Part shown: one piece after another, positions 50,476 through 62,964 of the stretch
How the letters are laid out: each line of letters opens with the position of its first letter
Position numbering within the stretch: the first letter of the stretch is position 1
Origin: Mycoplasmatota bacterium
Lineage (GTDB): Bacteria > Bacillota_I > Bacilli_A > MAG-NZ
DNA length: 64,000 bases
Direction: 5' to 3'
NCBI GenBank assembly: GCA_018394315.1
Contig: CP074575.1
Coordinates: 1,582,615-1,646,614, forward strand
The notes under the pieces: generated by a model
Told to the model about the DNA's origin: nothing
The model's input: the letters and a program-made list of their open reading frames with translations, nothing else
The model's database searches: none
Position numbers and translations under genes: made by a program

Positions 50476-50655
50476 TTAAAACTTCTTTTTACGTGCGTTT
50501 TCCTTTAATTTTTCTCTGCGAGAAACACTAGGTTTAACATAACCAAAGCGACGTTTTTTTATTTCTGTTAGTGTTCCCGATTTAATTAAATCTCTCTTAA
50601 AACGACGTAAAGCGTCATCGATCGATTCATTTTCGCGGACTTGTGTCTTAGGCAT
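50476..50655 (-). CDS. rpsU: 30S ribosomal protein S21
   Basis: [29 protein letters not shown] 50655 after AGGGGGG. Confidence 0.96.
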   Translation of the reverse strand: MPKTQVRENESIDDALRRFKRDLIKSGTLTEIKKRRFGYVKPSVSRREKLKENARKKKF

Positions 50656-50731
50656 AGGTGTCCCCCCCTTCAATGAATTCTACATCACATTATAACGCAT
50701 CATAATGCGATTGTAAAGATGATTTTTGGTC

Positions 50732-51589
50732 TTACTCCATAATTTCAACAATATATGACTTTTTTTTACCTTCAATTTCAAATACTAATTCAAATATTCC
50801 AACATTATTAAATTCTATCTTACTAGTATCGATAGTGATTTTTTCGCAATATTCTTCTTCAATATTGTTAAATGAGCATATTTCATATTTTAACGCTTCA
50901 TTATAAGCTGTTTCTTCATATTTCGACGTTTTGATATTAAAAAAATTAGATTTTGTCTTTAAAATATATGAATTTTCAAAATTCTCTTCTACGTTATCAA
51001 TTATATGTATTTTATGACCAATTTTTGCTATAATCTTACCAATTGAAGTTTGACTCACTGAAATAAACAAGTCATAAGTACCATTTACATTAAAATTAAT
51101 ATTATGCCATATATCAATATCTATGATTTCTTCAGAATCGTTAAAGTTATTGTAATAATTAATGAAATTTTTTAGTTCACTTTCATAAGTGTTTTTAGAA
51201 TACTCATTTTTTTCTAGTAATTTAAATTTTTGCGGGACATAAATATCTAGATTTTTAAATGTCATAGAGTAGTTTGGAACGATATTCATTATATTGTAAG
51301 GAATTGTTTCATTATGTAATGACTCTATTAAAGTTATTGCTTTTTTGTTGTACTTAACAAGATATTTATCATTACTGCATGTTGAATTGATCTCCACTAA
51401 TTGGTCTTCATATACAGCTTTATAATCATTATGACAATTTAGTGTAAGATGAGAGTAAATCTTAAAATCGTCTATTTCTATGATTTTTTCATACAATGTA
51501 TAATCATATATATAATAATTTTTGCTTAGGTAAATTGATAATAATAACATTGCAGAAATCAGTAAAGGTATTGAATATCTCTTTTTGAT
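50732..51589 (-). CDS. Hypothetical secreted or membrane-anchored protein with degenerate Ig-like motifs; start uncertain (ATC 51589 or ATG 51550)
   Basis: INFNVNGTYDL and IEFNNVGIFEL motifs; upstream in-frame extension KKRYSIPLLISA completes a signal-anchor. Confidence 0.6.
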   Translation of the reverse strand: MKKRYSIPLLISAMLLLSIYLSKNYYIYDYTLYEKIIEIDDFKIYSHLTLNCHNDYKAVYEDQLVEINSTCSNDKYLVKYNKKAITLIESLHNETIPYNIMNIVPNYSMTFKNLDIYVPQKFKLLEKNEYSKNTYESELKNFINYYNNFNDSEEIIDIDIWHNINFNVNGTYDLFISVSQTSIGKIIAKIGHKIHIIDNVEENFENSYILKTKSNFFNIKTSKYEETAYNEALKYEICSFNNIEEEYCEKITIDTSKIEFNNVGIFELVFEIEGKKKSYIVEIME

Positions 51590-51601
51590 AAAATCACCAC
51601 C

Positions 51602-52873
51602 TTAAATAAGTACTGCTTTATTAATTGGGTAACCGGCTTTTATTATTTTTATTTTATAATACTCATTTTTAGAAAGAGCTTCATCAATCTCTACTTTAAG
51701 ATAATTAGAAGTATATCCTATCGAACTACAATTAACTGTCTCAACGATTAAATCAAGTGTTTTTTCTAAAAATTTATCAGCATATTCTTTTGCCAATAAA
51801 TCATTGGTTTCTATAAGTTTTCTTACTCTCTCATGTTTTACTTTTTTACTTAAATCTTTTAATCTAGCTGCTTTTGTTCCATTTCTTTTCGAAAAGGGAA
51901 AAACATGTAACTCACTGAATTTAGTTTCCTTAACAAATTGTAAAGTTTCCTTAAATAATTCATCAGTCTCAGTAGGGTAACCTACAATTACATCTGTAGT
52001 AATAGAAATGTCTGGAATGAAAGATCTAATTTCTGACACTCTTTTCTTATAATAATCCGTATCGTATTTACGATTCATATCATTTAGAATCTTTTTCGAA
52101 CCACTTTGTAAAGGAATATGTAAGTGTTTCGCGATAGTAGAATTTTCTTTTATAAGGCTTAAAAGTTCATTAGTTATTTCATTTATTTCAATTGATGATA
52201 TGCGTAATCTTCTTAGTCTAGGTAAAGTAGATAAATCTCTAACTAAGCTCGTCAAACTATAATCAATATCCACTCCATATTTTCCAGTATGAATACCTGA
52301 TAGAACTATTTCTTTATATCCATTATCAATTAATTCTTTTGCTTCCAAAAGAACACGTTCTTTACTTTTACTTACAACAGATCCTCTTGCAAAAGGTATA
52401 ATACAATAGCTACAGTAATTATTACATCCATCTTGTATTTTTAAGAAAGCTCTAGTGTTTTCAAAACTAGTGACCGACATATCATCAAATTTATCAGTTA
52501 AATCAGTAACAACATTTAGTTGTTTTCTTTCTTCTAAAATCTCTTCAACTAAATGATAAATCTCTTTGCGGTTTTTCGTTCCTGAAATAATATCAACACC
52601 ATCTATTTTTGACACTTCTTCCGGTGATAATTGAGCATAACATCCCATTACCACTACTACAGCAGAATCATTTTTTCTTATAGCTTGTCTTATAATCTTC
52701 CTGCTCTTTGAATCACTTTGATTTGTGACAGTACAAGTGTTTATAATATAAATATCAGCAATTTCATTAAAGCTTACTCTTTCATATCCGTTTTCTTTAA
52801 ATAATTCCCAAACGCTTTCAGAATCATATATGTTCACTTTACACCCTAAAGTGTAAAAAGCAATCTTTTTCAT
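51602..52873 (-). CDS. mtaB: tRNA t6A37 methylthiotransferase MtaB
   Basis: TLGCKVN, INTCTVT, GCYAQ, KIQDGCNNYCSYC radical-SAM motif, HVFPFSKRNGT. Confidence 0.95.
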   Translation of the reverse strand: MKKIAFYTLGCKVNIYDSESVWELFKENGYERVSFNEIADIYIINTCTVTNQSDSKSRKIIRQAIRKNDSAVVVVMGCYAQLSPEEVSKIDGVDIISGTKNRKEIYHLVEEILEERKQLNVVTDLTDKFDDMSVTSFENTRAFLKIQDGCNNYCSYCIIPFARGSVVSKSKERVLLEAKELIDNGYKEIVLSGIHTGKYGVDIDYSLTSLVRDLSTLPRLRRLRISSIEINEITNELLSLIKENSTIAKHLHIPLQSGSKKILNDMNRKYDTDYYKKRVSEIRSFIPDISITTDVIVGYPTETDELFKETLQFVKETKFSELHVFPFSKRNGTKAARLKDLSKKVKHERVRKLIETNDLLAKEYADKFLEKTLDLIVETVNCSSIGYTSNYLKVEIDEALSKNEYYKIKIIKAGYPINKAVLI

Positions 52874-52935
52874 ATTATCACTCTATTCTCATTGAATTTA
52901 AATTATTATACCATATATAAAAGAAGATTGAAGTA

Positions 52936-54099
52936 TCAATCTTCTTTTTGGTATACTATTTTACCATCTATTAAAACAGTATCAGTAACAGTTAAGTACT
53001 CAAAAGGATTTCCTGTCCAGATAACTATATCAGCATCTTTTCCTTCTTCTATGCTTCCTATTCTGTCATCAACTTCATTAAGTTTAGCTGCATTAATAGT
53101 CATTGCTTTTATAGCACCCAATTCACTTAGTCCTTCTCTAATCATAATTGCAGTTTGCACTCTAGTATCACTTAAAGACATAACCGGATGATCTGTCATT
53201 ATTGAGAACTCAACACCTGCTTTTTCTAATATCCCACAAGTCTTAAATGATTTGTTTCTAAGTTCATACTTACTCTTTGTACCTAGTGTAGGGCCAATTA
53301 TTACTCTTACATTGTCTTTTAGTAAATCATCTACCATTAAGTGAGCTTCAGTACAGTGTTCTATTGTATAATTAAGTTTAAACTCTTTACAAATTCTAAT
53401 TGCTGTTTGAATATCATCTGTTCTGTGTGCATGTACTTTCACAAGCATCCCATCAAAAACTCTTGCTAGTGAAGCTGATTTATCATCATATGTTGGTTTA
53501 TCTCCATCTTCTTTTAAATGCTTTTTCATTTTATCGTAGTATTCTTTTGCCTTAGTTAATTCTCTACGCATTATTGCAGCACTACCCATTCTTGTTGATG
53601 GAGTTACCTTTTTAGTATTATAAACTCGTTTAGGGTTTTCACCTAACGCCATTTTCATAGCTACTTCTTCTTTAACAACCATTTCCTCAACGTTATTCCC
53701 AACAGTCTTAATTACTGAAAAAGTTCCACCAATAACATTAGCACTACCAGGACCAGTGGAAACCGAAGTTACCCCACCTTTAACAGCGTCTTTAAAAGAA
53801 ACATCATAAGGATAAATTGCATCATACCCCTTCATATTTGGAGTGCTTGGATCTGTCATCTCATTACCGTCCGCTCCCTCAAAACCTATTGATTCTTCGT
53901 ATAATCCTATATGACAATGCGGATCCATAAACCCAGGAGTTACCCATTTTTCTTTCGCATCAATTACTTCACATGAATATTCTTTCTCGTTGATTTTACC
54001 TACTTTAGAAATTTTACCGTCTTCAATAAGGATATCCATTACTTTGTAATTAACTTCCGCAGCACTAATTAAATATGCATTCTTAATTAATTTCATCAA
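52936..54099 (-). CDS. Metal-dependent amidohydrolase (COG1228-like), paralog 2
   Basis: VTPGFMDPHCH, MKMALGENPK, HAHR, EHCTE, TDHP. Confidence 0.9.
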   Translation of the reverse strand: MMKLIKNAYLISAAEVNYKVMDILIEDGKISKVGKINEKEYSCEVIDAKEKWVTPGFMDPHCHIGLYEESIGFEGADGNEMTDPSTPNMKGYDAIYPYDVSFKDAVKGGVTSVSTGPGSANVIGGTFSVIKTVGNNVEEMVVKEEVAMKMALGENPKRVYNTKKVTPSTRMGSAAIMRRELTKAKEYYDKMKKHLKEDGDKPTYDDKSASLARVFDGMLVKVHAHRTDDIQTAIRICKEFKLNYTIEHCTEAHLMVDDLLKDNVRVIIGPTLGTKSKYELRNKSFKTCGILEKAGVEFSIMTDHPVMSLSDTRVQTAIMIREGLSELGAIKAMTINAAKLNEVDDRIGSIEEGKDADIVIWTGNPFEYLTVTDTVLIDGKIVYQKED

Positions 54100-54134
54100 A
54101 ATTCCCCCTTGTTATAACACATATTAACACATCT

Positions 54135-54163
54135 AATAAAAAAGAGCCAATGGCTCTATTATT
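54135..54163 (-). terminator. Terminator after dnaJ
   Basis: AGAGCCA/TGGCTCT stem plus T-run on minus strand. Confidence 0.7.
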
Positions 54164-55259
54164 ATTTGAATATTTTTTTGAATTTGTTCCAAATACTAGA
54201 ACTCATTTCATTTGTCTTTTTAAGTTTATTAAATAGTTTGCGTTGCTCTTGATCTAATTTTTCAGGTGTCACTACTACTACTAAGACATGCTGGTCTCCT
54301 TTATATCCACTAGAAACATTCTTAACACCTTTTCCTCTTAATCGGAATTTAGTTCCGGTTTGTGTACCACTAGGGACTTTAAGTTTTACATCTCCATATA
54401 TAGTTGGAACTAGAATATCAGACCCTAAAGCAGCTTGAGAAAATGTAATAGGTAATTCTAAGACAATATCATCACCTATTCTTTCTAAAATTTCGTGAGG
54501 AAGCACATTGATAGCGATATATAAGTCCCCAGCTGGACCACCATTAATCCCAGCCTCACCTTTACCTGATAGACGAATTTGTTGACCAGTATTAATTCCT
54601 TCAGGAATATTCACTTCAACTTTTTTAACTACTTCTGTATACCCGTGACCATGACAACTAGAACATTTTCTTTTTATTTCTTTACCTGATCCATTACATT
54701 CTGGGCAAGTTGTTTGTGTCCTTGTTGTGCCGAAAATAGTTTGTTGTTGTCTATAAACAGTACCAGAACCACTACATTGTGAACAAGTACTTATATCACT
54801 TTTGGAATATGCTCCACTACCATGACATACGGTACACTCTTCGTTTACTCTCAAATTTATTTTCTTCTTTACACCAAAAACGGCTTCCTCAAACGTAATA
54901 GTCATACGTTTAGATAAGTCATTTCCTCTTCTTGGTGCATTCGGATCTCTTCTTTTTCTACTTCCACCAAAGAACGAAGAAAAAATATCTTCAAATCCAC
55001 CATAATCATTGAATCCACCGAATCCACCTTGACCAAAGTTCATTCCTTCATGGCCAAATTGATCATATTGACTTCTTTTTTCTGTATCACTTAAAACGGA
55101 ATATGCTTCTTGTATTTCTTTAAATTTTTCTTCAGCATTTGATTCTGTCGATACATCTGGATGATACTTCTTGGCTAATGTCCTAAATGCTTTTTTTATT
55201 TCGCGCTCATCTGCGCTTTTACCAACACCTAGAACGTCGTAATAATCTCTCTTACTCAT
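54162..55259 (-). CDS. dnaJ: Chaperone DnaJ
   Basis: HPD J-domain, G/F region, four CxxCxGxG repeats. Confidence 0.98.
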   Translation of the reverse strand: MSKRDYYDVLGVGKSADEREIKKAFRTLAKKYHPDVSTESNAEEKFKEIQEAYSVLSDTEKRSQYDQFGHEGMNFGQGGFGGFNDYGGFEDIFSSFFGGSRKRRDPNAPRRGNDLSKRMTITFEEAVFGVKKKINLRVNEECTVCHGSGAYSKSDISTCSQCSGSGTVYRQQQTIFGTTRTQTTCPECNGSGKEIKRKCSSCHGHGYTEVVKKVEVNIPEGINTGQQIRLSGKGEAGINGGPAGDLYIAINVLPHEILERIGDDIVLELPITFSQAALGSDILVPTIYGDVKLKVPSGTQTGTKFRLRGKGVKNVSSGYKGDQHVLVVVVTPEKLDQEQRKLFNKLKKTNEMSSSIWNKFKKIFK

Positions 55260-55303
55260 CGTCTCACCTCATTTTGAATAGGTATCCCTAAATAAACATT
55301 TAC

Positions 55304-55339
55304 CTTATAAGAAAGTATCCTGAGATACTTTCTTATAAG
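55304..55339. repeat. Perfect 16-bp inverted repeat between dnaK and dnaJ
   Basis: CTTATAAGAAAGTATC-CTGA-GATACTTTCTTATAAG. Confidence 0.8.
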
Positions 55340-55347
55340 TAATATAT

Positions 55348-57848
<2,501 letters not shown>

Positions 57849-57858
57849 ATTTTTCTCC

Positions 57859-58869
57859 TTATTTATCAAAATTACTCATGTTACTAGCTATATACTCTAG
57901 TAGAGGAATAACTTTTCTATAATTCATTCTTTTTGGTCCAACAACAGCAATCGTACCTATTTCACCTGTTGGTATTTGATATGGCACAGAAATCAAAGTA
58001 CATTCTTTCATAAATTTTAACCTATTCTCTGAACCTATCTTAACTGTTACTCCAGAGCTATTTTTTTCTAATATACTGAAAATTTCTTTCTTCTCTAGGG
58101 CATTGATAAAACTTCTAACATTATCTATATCATTAAATTCAGGCTCATAAAGTAGATTATATTGACCACTTACAAAATGCTTTTCTAAAGAAAATCTACT
58201 AAAAGCATCTGCAAATGCATTAAGTAACAATTCATGGTACTGTAAATAATCTCTAAGTTTACTCTGTTTAAGATCATAAGTTAACTTATTAGATACTTGA
58301 TTAATGGGTACATTAATCAATAATTCATTTAATAACATGATGACATTTTGCATTTCTTCATAGTTTAAATCATCTATGAATAACTTACGTTTTTCAATGT
58401 GGCCTGAATCAGTAATGATAATAAGTAATGCTTCGTTTGCAGCAATTTTTACAACCTGAATCTTCTTAATTAGCCGATTCAATGAGTTAGGACCTAAAAC
58501 CATTGATGTATAGCTCGTTAAATCACTAATCATTTTAATAGTTCGGTTAATAATTTCATCATTCCCAAGCAAATAATTACCAAAGATTTCATCTACCTTA
58601 GGAAATTGACTTTTCTTCTCCTTGTTTATCTTTAGTATCTCATCAACATAGTAACGATATCCCTTTTCAGATGGGATTCGACCACTTGATGTATGAGTTT
58701 TTTCTAAATAACCCATATCTTCTAAATTTGCCATTTCATTTCTAATAGTAGCTGATGAACAAGATAACTCTTCTAGTTCAGTTAGTGTCTTAGAGCCCAC
58801 AGGTTCCGCCGTTCTAACAAATTCTTCAATAATAGCTTTTAAAATCAAGGATTTTCGTACTGATAACAT
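57859..58869 (-). CDS. hrcA: Heat-inducible transcription repressor HrcA
   Basis: EPVGSKTL, SSATIRNEM, HTSSGRIPS, VGPKRMNY; ATG 58869 after GAGGTG. Confidence 0.96.
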   Translation of the reverse strand: MLSVRKSLILKAIIEEFVRTAEPVGSKTLTELEELSCSSATIRNEMANLEDMGYLEKTHTSSGRIPSEKGYRYYVDEILKINKEKKSQFPKVDEIFGNYLLGNDEIINRTIKMISDLTSYTSMVLGPNSLNRLIKKIQVVKIAANEALLIIITDSGHIEKRKLFIDDLNYEEMQNVIMLLNELLINVPINQVSNKLTYDLKQSKLRDYLQYHELLLNAFADAFSRFSLEKHFVSGQYNLLYEPEFNDIDNVRSFINALEKKEIFSILEKNSSGVTVKIGSENRLKFMKECTLISVPYQIPTGEIGTIAVVGPKRMNYRKVIPLLEYIASNMSNFDK

Positions 58870-58882
58870 AAAAATCACCTCA

Positions 58883-58909
58883 CTAGCACTCTACAACTTC
58901 GACTGCTAA
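58883..58909. promoter_or_regulatory. CIRCE element 1
   Basis: CTAGCACTC-N9-GACTGCTAA versus consensus TTAGCACTC-N9-GAGTGCTAA. Confidence 0.9.
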
Positions 58910-58913
58910 CATT

Positions 58914-58942
58914 ATATTACCAAAAAGTGTTAGCAATGTCAA
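58914..58942 (-). promoter_or_regulatory. sigma-A promoter of the hrcA operon
   Basis: TTGACA-N17-TAATAT with extended TG on minus strand. Confidence 0.75.
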
Positions 58943-58956
58943 CAAAAGAGTGCCAG
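58930..58956. promoter_or_regulatory. CIRCE element 2 (degenerate, overlaps -35)
   Basis: TTAGCAATG-N9-GAGTGCCAG. Confidence 0.7.
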
Positions 58957-58990
58957 AATTTGTTAATAATAAAAAAAGCGCATTATAGCG

Positions 58991-59599
58991 CTATTTTAGA
59001 TAATAATTCATTTTTTTAACAATGGAAAATTTAGCTCTTCCACCATGCCCTGGATAAATAATATCATTACTCTTTACGAGTGTTTTAAGTATTTCTAGGG
59101 ATTTCATGATCATTTTTGAGTTTCCACTATATAAATCTGTACGGCCTATACTTTCTACAAATAAAGTATCTCCAGTGAACACACAGTTATCAATGAAATA
59201 ACAAGAACTTCCTTTCGAATGTCCTGGTGTATTTATAGATTTAATAGTAATGTCATTAAATTTAATTTCGTCTTCATCTTTTATTAAAATTATTTCTTTA
59301 TCTGACAAATCTACTACGTCATTAAACATATGAGCATAATTATAATTAGTATCTTCTAAGAGTATCTTATCAAACTCATTAATATAAATAGGAACATTTA
59401 AATCCTTTATACCTCCAAAATGATCATAATGACCATGAGTTAGTAATATAAATTTAAGATTATAATTCTTTATAAATTCTTTTAATTCTTGACTCATTAA
59501 TCCTGGATCAATTAAGATACAATCCTGTTTATCAATCACAACGTAAGTATTAACGCTAAAATCACTTGAAAAATATTGTGTAACTTTCTTTACTTTCAT
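58991..59599 (-). CDS. MBL-fold metallo-hydrolase (glyoxalase II-like)
   Basis: LLTHGHYDH, TPGHS, FTGDTLF, YPGHG. Confidence 0.92.
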   Translation of the reverse strand: MKVKKVTQYFSSDFSVNTYVVIDKQDCILIDPGLMSQELKEFIKNYNLKFILLTHGHYDHFGGIKDLNVPIYINEFDKILLEDTNYNYAHMFNDVVDLSDKEIILIKDEDEIKFNDITIKSINTPGHSKGSSCYFIDNCVFTGDTLFVESIGRTDLYSGNSKMIMKSLEILKTLVKSNDIIYPGHGGRAKFSIVKKMNYYLK

Positions 59600-59626
59600 A
59601 ATAATAAAAAAAGTAACAATCAGTTA

Positions 59627-59776
59627 CTATTTTTTCTCCTTATGTAACGTCTGTTTTTGACATCTAGGACAATATTTTTTCATCTCTATACGTTCAGGAT
59701 TGTTTTTCTTACTCTTTTTTGTCAAGTAATTCCATTCTTTACAATCTGTACATTGTAAAACAACATTTACACGCAT
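59627..59776 (-). CDS. rpmG: 50S ribosomal protein L33, zinc-binding form (49 aa), not in ORF track
   Basis: [56 protein letters not shown]; terminator hairpin directly after. Confidence 0.96.
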   Translation of the reverse strand: MRVNVVLQCTDCKEWNYLTKKSKKNNPERIEMKKYCPRCQKQTLHKEKK

Positions 59777-59903
59777 ACTCGTACCTCCAAACATCTCTGT
59801 TAAGTAATTCTACTTAACTATTATACTATATTTATTAATAAATGCAAGTATTAAAGGCTTTTTTGTGTATAATTGAAGTGAAGAAAAATTATAGAGGTGC
59901 AGA

Positions 59904-60938
59904 ATGAAAAATAGAGAAGACACAAGAAAAATTAATGTGGGTGGAGTAATTATAGGTGGCAATAACAAAGTATCTATTCAGTCAATGACAAACACTCCCA
60001 CAAAAAATGTAAAAGCCACTATATCTCAAATAAAACAATTAGAAAAAGCTGGATGTGAGATAGTTAGAGTCTCTGTACTTGATATTAAAGATGCAAAAAG
60101 TTTAACATACATTAAAGAAAACATAAATATTCCACTAGTAGCCGATATACATTTTGACTACTTATTAGCCTTAGAAGCAATCAATCAGAATGTAGATAAA
60201 CTGAGATTAAACCCGGCTAATATCACTAGTAAAGAAAAAGTCAAAGAGATAGCCTATAAATGCAAAGAAAAGAAAATACCAATTAGAATCGGCATTAATA
60301 GTGGTTCATTCAAGTCCCATGATAATTTAGTAGAAATGATGATTCAGTATGCTGAAGAGAATATTAAGATACTAGAAGACTTACAGTTTTCTGATATTAT
60401 ATTATCCTTTAAGTCTACAGAGTTAAAAGTGTGTTTAGAAGTAAATAGAATCGCATCTAAAAAGTGGAGTTATCCATTACATTTAGGAATGACTGAAGCA
60501 GGTACTGAATTTTCTGGAGGCATTAAAAATTCTATTGGATTAGGCATTTTACTTAACGAAGGAATTGGGAGTACTATTAGAGTCTCAATAACTGATGATC
60601 CAATAAAAGAAATAAAAATTGCTAAAGAGATACTCAAAAACCTTGGACTATATAAAGCTCCTACCTTAATAAGTTGCCCAACGTGTGGGCGTTTACAATA
60701 CAATATGATACCAATAGTAAATAAAATAGAAGAGTACTTATCAGATATCAAGAGCGACATTAAAGTAGCGATAATGGGTTGTGCAGTTAATGGTCCAGGA
60801 GAAGCTAAGCAAGCTGACATAGGCATTGCTGGTGGGATCAATGAAGTATTGCTTATTAAAAAAGGTAAAATCATAAAGAAAATTCCTATGGAAAACGCAG
60901 TTGAAGAGTTAATTAAAGAGATAAATAGCCTAATTTAA
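59904..60938 (+). CDS. ispG: HMBPP synthase IspG (GcpE), MEP pathway
   Basis: IQSMTNT, PLVADIHF, PLHLGMTEAG, ISCPTCGR, MGCAVNGPGE. Confidence 0.96.
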   Translation: MKNREDTRKINVGGVIIGGNNKVSIQSMTNTPTKNVKATISQIKQLEKAGCEIVRVSVLDIKDAKSLTYIKENINIPLVADIHFDYLLALEAINQNVDKLRLNPANITSKEKVKEIAYKCKEKKIPIRIGINSGSFKSHDNLVEMMIQYAEENIKILEDLQFSDIILSFKSTELKVCLEVNRIASKKWSYPLHLGMTEAGTEFSGGIKNSIGLGILLNEGIGSTIRVSITDDPIKEIKIAKEILKNLGLYKAPTLISCPTCGRLQYNMIPIVNKIEEYLSDIKSDIKVAIMGCAVNGPGEAKQADIGIAGGINEVLLIKKGKIIKKIPMENAVEELIKEINSLI

Positions 60939-60960
60939 AAACACCTCTAAGGTGTTTTTA
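60936..60960. terminator. Bidirectional terminator
   Basis: TAAAAACACCT-CTA-AGGTGTTTTTA between convergent genes. Confidence 0.75.
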
Positions 60961-61494
60961 TACGTTAAATGTGAAATACAACAGTTTCATTCTCACAGAA
61001 AAATCAACATCATCTAAAAATCTAAATTGAATACCCTCAACTACAACCAATTGATCTTGACTTTGAATCTCTCTTATAAACTGATTTATTTTATAATAAT
61101 CATTATTATCAACAGTAAATTCTACTAATACGGGAGTGATTAAGATGTATTCAGGTAAATTAGAATATAAAGGAAAATTTTCTCGTGTCTCATCGGTTAT
61201 ATTTTTGATAGCATCTATACCAACAATCATCTCATATTGATCTAGTGCAATCACTACTCTACTCCAGTCAAATTTATTTGGGAGTACGTGTAAAAGTTGA
61301 TCGCTTGTTATCTCATCAGTTTTTAATGTTTTCAATTCATTTTTTAATATACTTGTATTATCTAACAATGAGTTAGTTAGCGCGGTGATTCTAGTAGTTT
61401 CTTCTTTTGCCTTCTCGACAATTGACCTAGTCAAAAAAGTGGTTCCACCCAATAATATAACAAGAATCAGTAGTATCTTTATTCTATTATTCAT
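60958..61494 (-). CDS. pilO: PilO-like type IV pilus alignment protein
   Basis: N-terminal TM, coiled coil, VLP, YYKINQFIREIQ..LVVVEGI; position after pilN. Confidence 0.7.
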   Translation of the reverse strand: MNNRIKILLILVILLGGTTFLTRSIVEKAKEETTRITALTNSLLDNTSILKNELKTLKTDEITSDQLLHVLPNKFDWSRVVIALDQYEMIVGIDAIKNITDETRENFPLYSNLPEYILITPVLVEFTVDNNDYYKINQFIREIQSQDQLVVVEGIQFRFLDDVDFSVRMKLLYFTFNV

Positions 61495-62026
61495 TGTCTT
61501 CACCCACTTTGAAGGTAATATTCAATTCGTGTGAACCAGGACCAGAAGATGAAAATTCAACATCTTCTATCCAACTAATATTAACTAACGCTTCTTCATA
61601 TCTAAGCAAAGTTTCATCGCTATCAACATGAATAACCACTTGAAATAGTTTATTGTTTATAGAAAAATTAATACTTTCAATATTCGCTCCGTCTGGAATA
61701 TAACTCACTAAATTGTTTATTCTATTTGTTAATGAAAATTGCGTATCTTTTACATATTCAATTGTCTCATTATAAATAATATCGGTTCCGTCAATCACAT
61801 TAATTGATGATATATCAAGAAAATATTCATTTTCATCTTTTGCAACATTATACTCAAATCTTGCCTTAATCAAGTCTTTTTCTGCACTTATATATGGTAT
61901 ATAGTTAACATAAAATGCTACAAATAAAATTGTCATAATTATACCAATTGTAAAAAATACATTAGAAATTTTTTCATTTGGTTTATACTTCGGTAACAAG
62001 TCTACCTTGATAAAATCTTTTTTCAT
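61487..62026 (-). CDS. pilN: PilN-like type IV pilus alignment protein
   Basis: IKVDLLP (INLLP-like), TM, LVSYIPDGANIESI. Confidence 0.75.
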   Translation of the reverse strand: MKKDFIKVDLLPKYKPNEKISNVFFTIGIIMTILFVAFYVNYIPYISAEKDLIKARFEYNVAKDENEYFLDISSINVIDGTDIIYNETIEYVKDTQFSLTNRINNLVSYIPDGANIESINFSINNKLFQVVIHVDSDETLLRYEEALVNISWIEDVEFSSSGPGSHELNITFKVGEDNE

Positions 62027-62034
62027 ATGATCAC

Positions 62035-62949
62035 CTATATTAAACTATTTGACATAGTTAATAAGTACTTAACATATACGTCATATAGATTGTTTTCATC
62101 ATTTGGATTATAGAATACCAAATGACCCACATTAGTCATATTATTATTAATAATAATTCTTACTAAGTTTTCATCAAGTATATCATCACCAGTCATTGGA
62201 ATTATAATAGCCTTTTTAATAGTTTCATTTCCTTTATTAATATTCCATACATAATAATTATTCATCCGATATATCTCATCTTGAACGCGTTGGGCAAAAT
62301 CATTATAATGAGTACTTGATTCGTAATTTGGGATATCAGAGACAATACTAAAGATAGGGTATTGCTTATTAAATATATTTATGCTCAGCATGTTATGATA
62401 AACATTAACTATCATTATATCATTTTCGAAATCTTGTATTCCGTATTTAGATATACTATATGCTCTATGAGCAGCTAATGCTGGAATGTCAGTCTTAACA
62501 ACCTTAAGGCCTGCTTTATAAAGCATCTTTACGTATAAATTAAGGTGTCGTTCACTAGCCGCAAATATAAATGCTTCTCTTTCTCCGTTTACTTCAGAAA
62601 CTTTCACATCCATAAGTGAATCACTAAAAGGTAATACTAAATCAACATTCATTCTTGTTTTTAGAAAACTCTTCATATCTTTAGTCTTAACTTCTGACGG
62701 CAAAGGATATCTTTTAACAGAAACAATCTTTTCATGTAACAACAGATTAACCTTTGAAGTAGAAATTTTTGTTCTTTTAATGACATCCTCAACTAAAGTA
62801 GATAATTCATCAAGTTTTTCTATTATACCATTCACAATATAACCATCAGGCAACTTAACAGTACCATATTCTTTTAATTTCTTAATTCCTCGTCCTTTTT
62901 CGACAAATATAAACTCATAATCAGTAAAAAAAACACTTAGTGTTTTCAT
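62035..62949 (-). CDS. pilM: PilM-like actin-fold pilus assembly protein
   Basis: YGTVKLPDGYIVNGII, LPF, KAGLKVVKTDIPALAAHR; upstream of pilN. Confidence 0.78.
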   Translation of the reverse strand: MKTLSVFFTDYEFIFVEKGRGIKKLKEYGTVKLPDGYIVNGIIEKLDELSTLVEDVIKRTKISTSKVNLLLHEKIVSVKRYPLPSEVKTKDMKSFLKTRMNVDLVLPFSDSLMDVKVSEVNGEREAFIFAASERHLNLYVKMLYKAGLKVVKTDIPALAAHRAYSISKYGIQDFENDIMIVNVYHNMLSINIFNKQYPIFSIVSDIPNYESSTHYNDFAQRVQDEIYRMNNYYVWNINKGNETIKKAIIIPMTGDDILDENLVRIIINNNMTNVGHLVFYNPNDENNLYDVYVKYLLTMSNSLI

Positions 62950-62964
62950 ATTATTCACCACACT

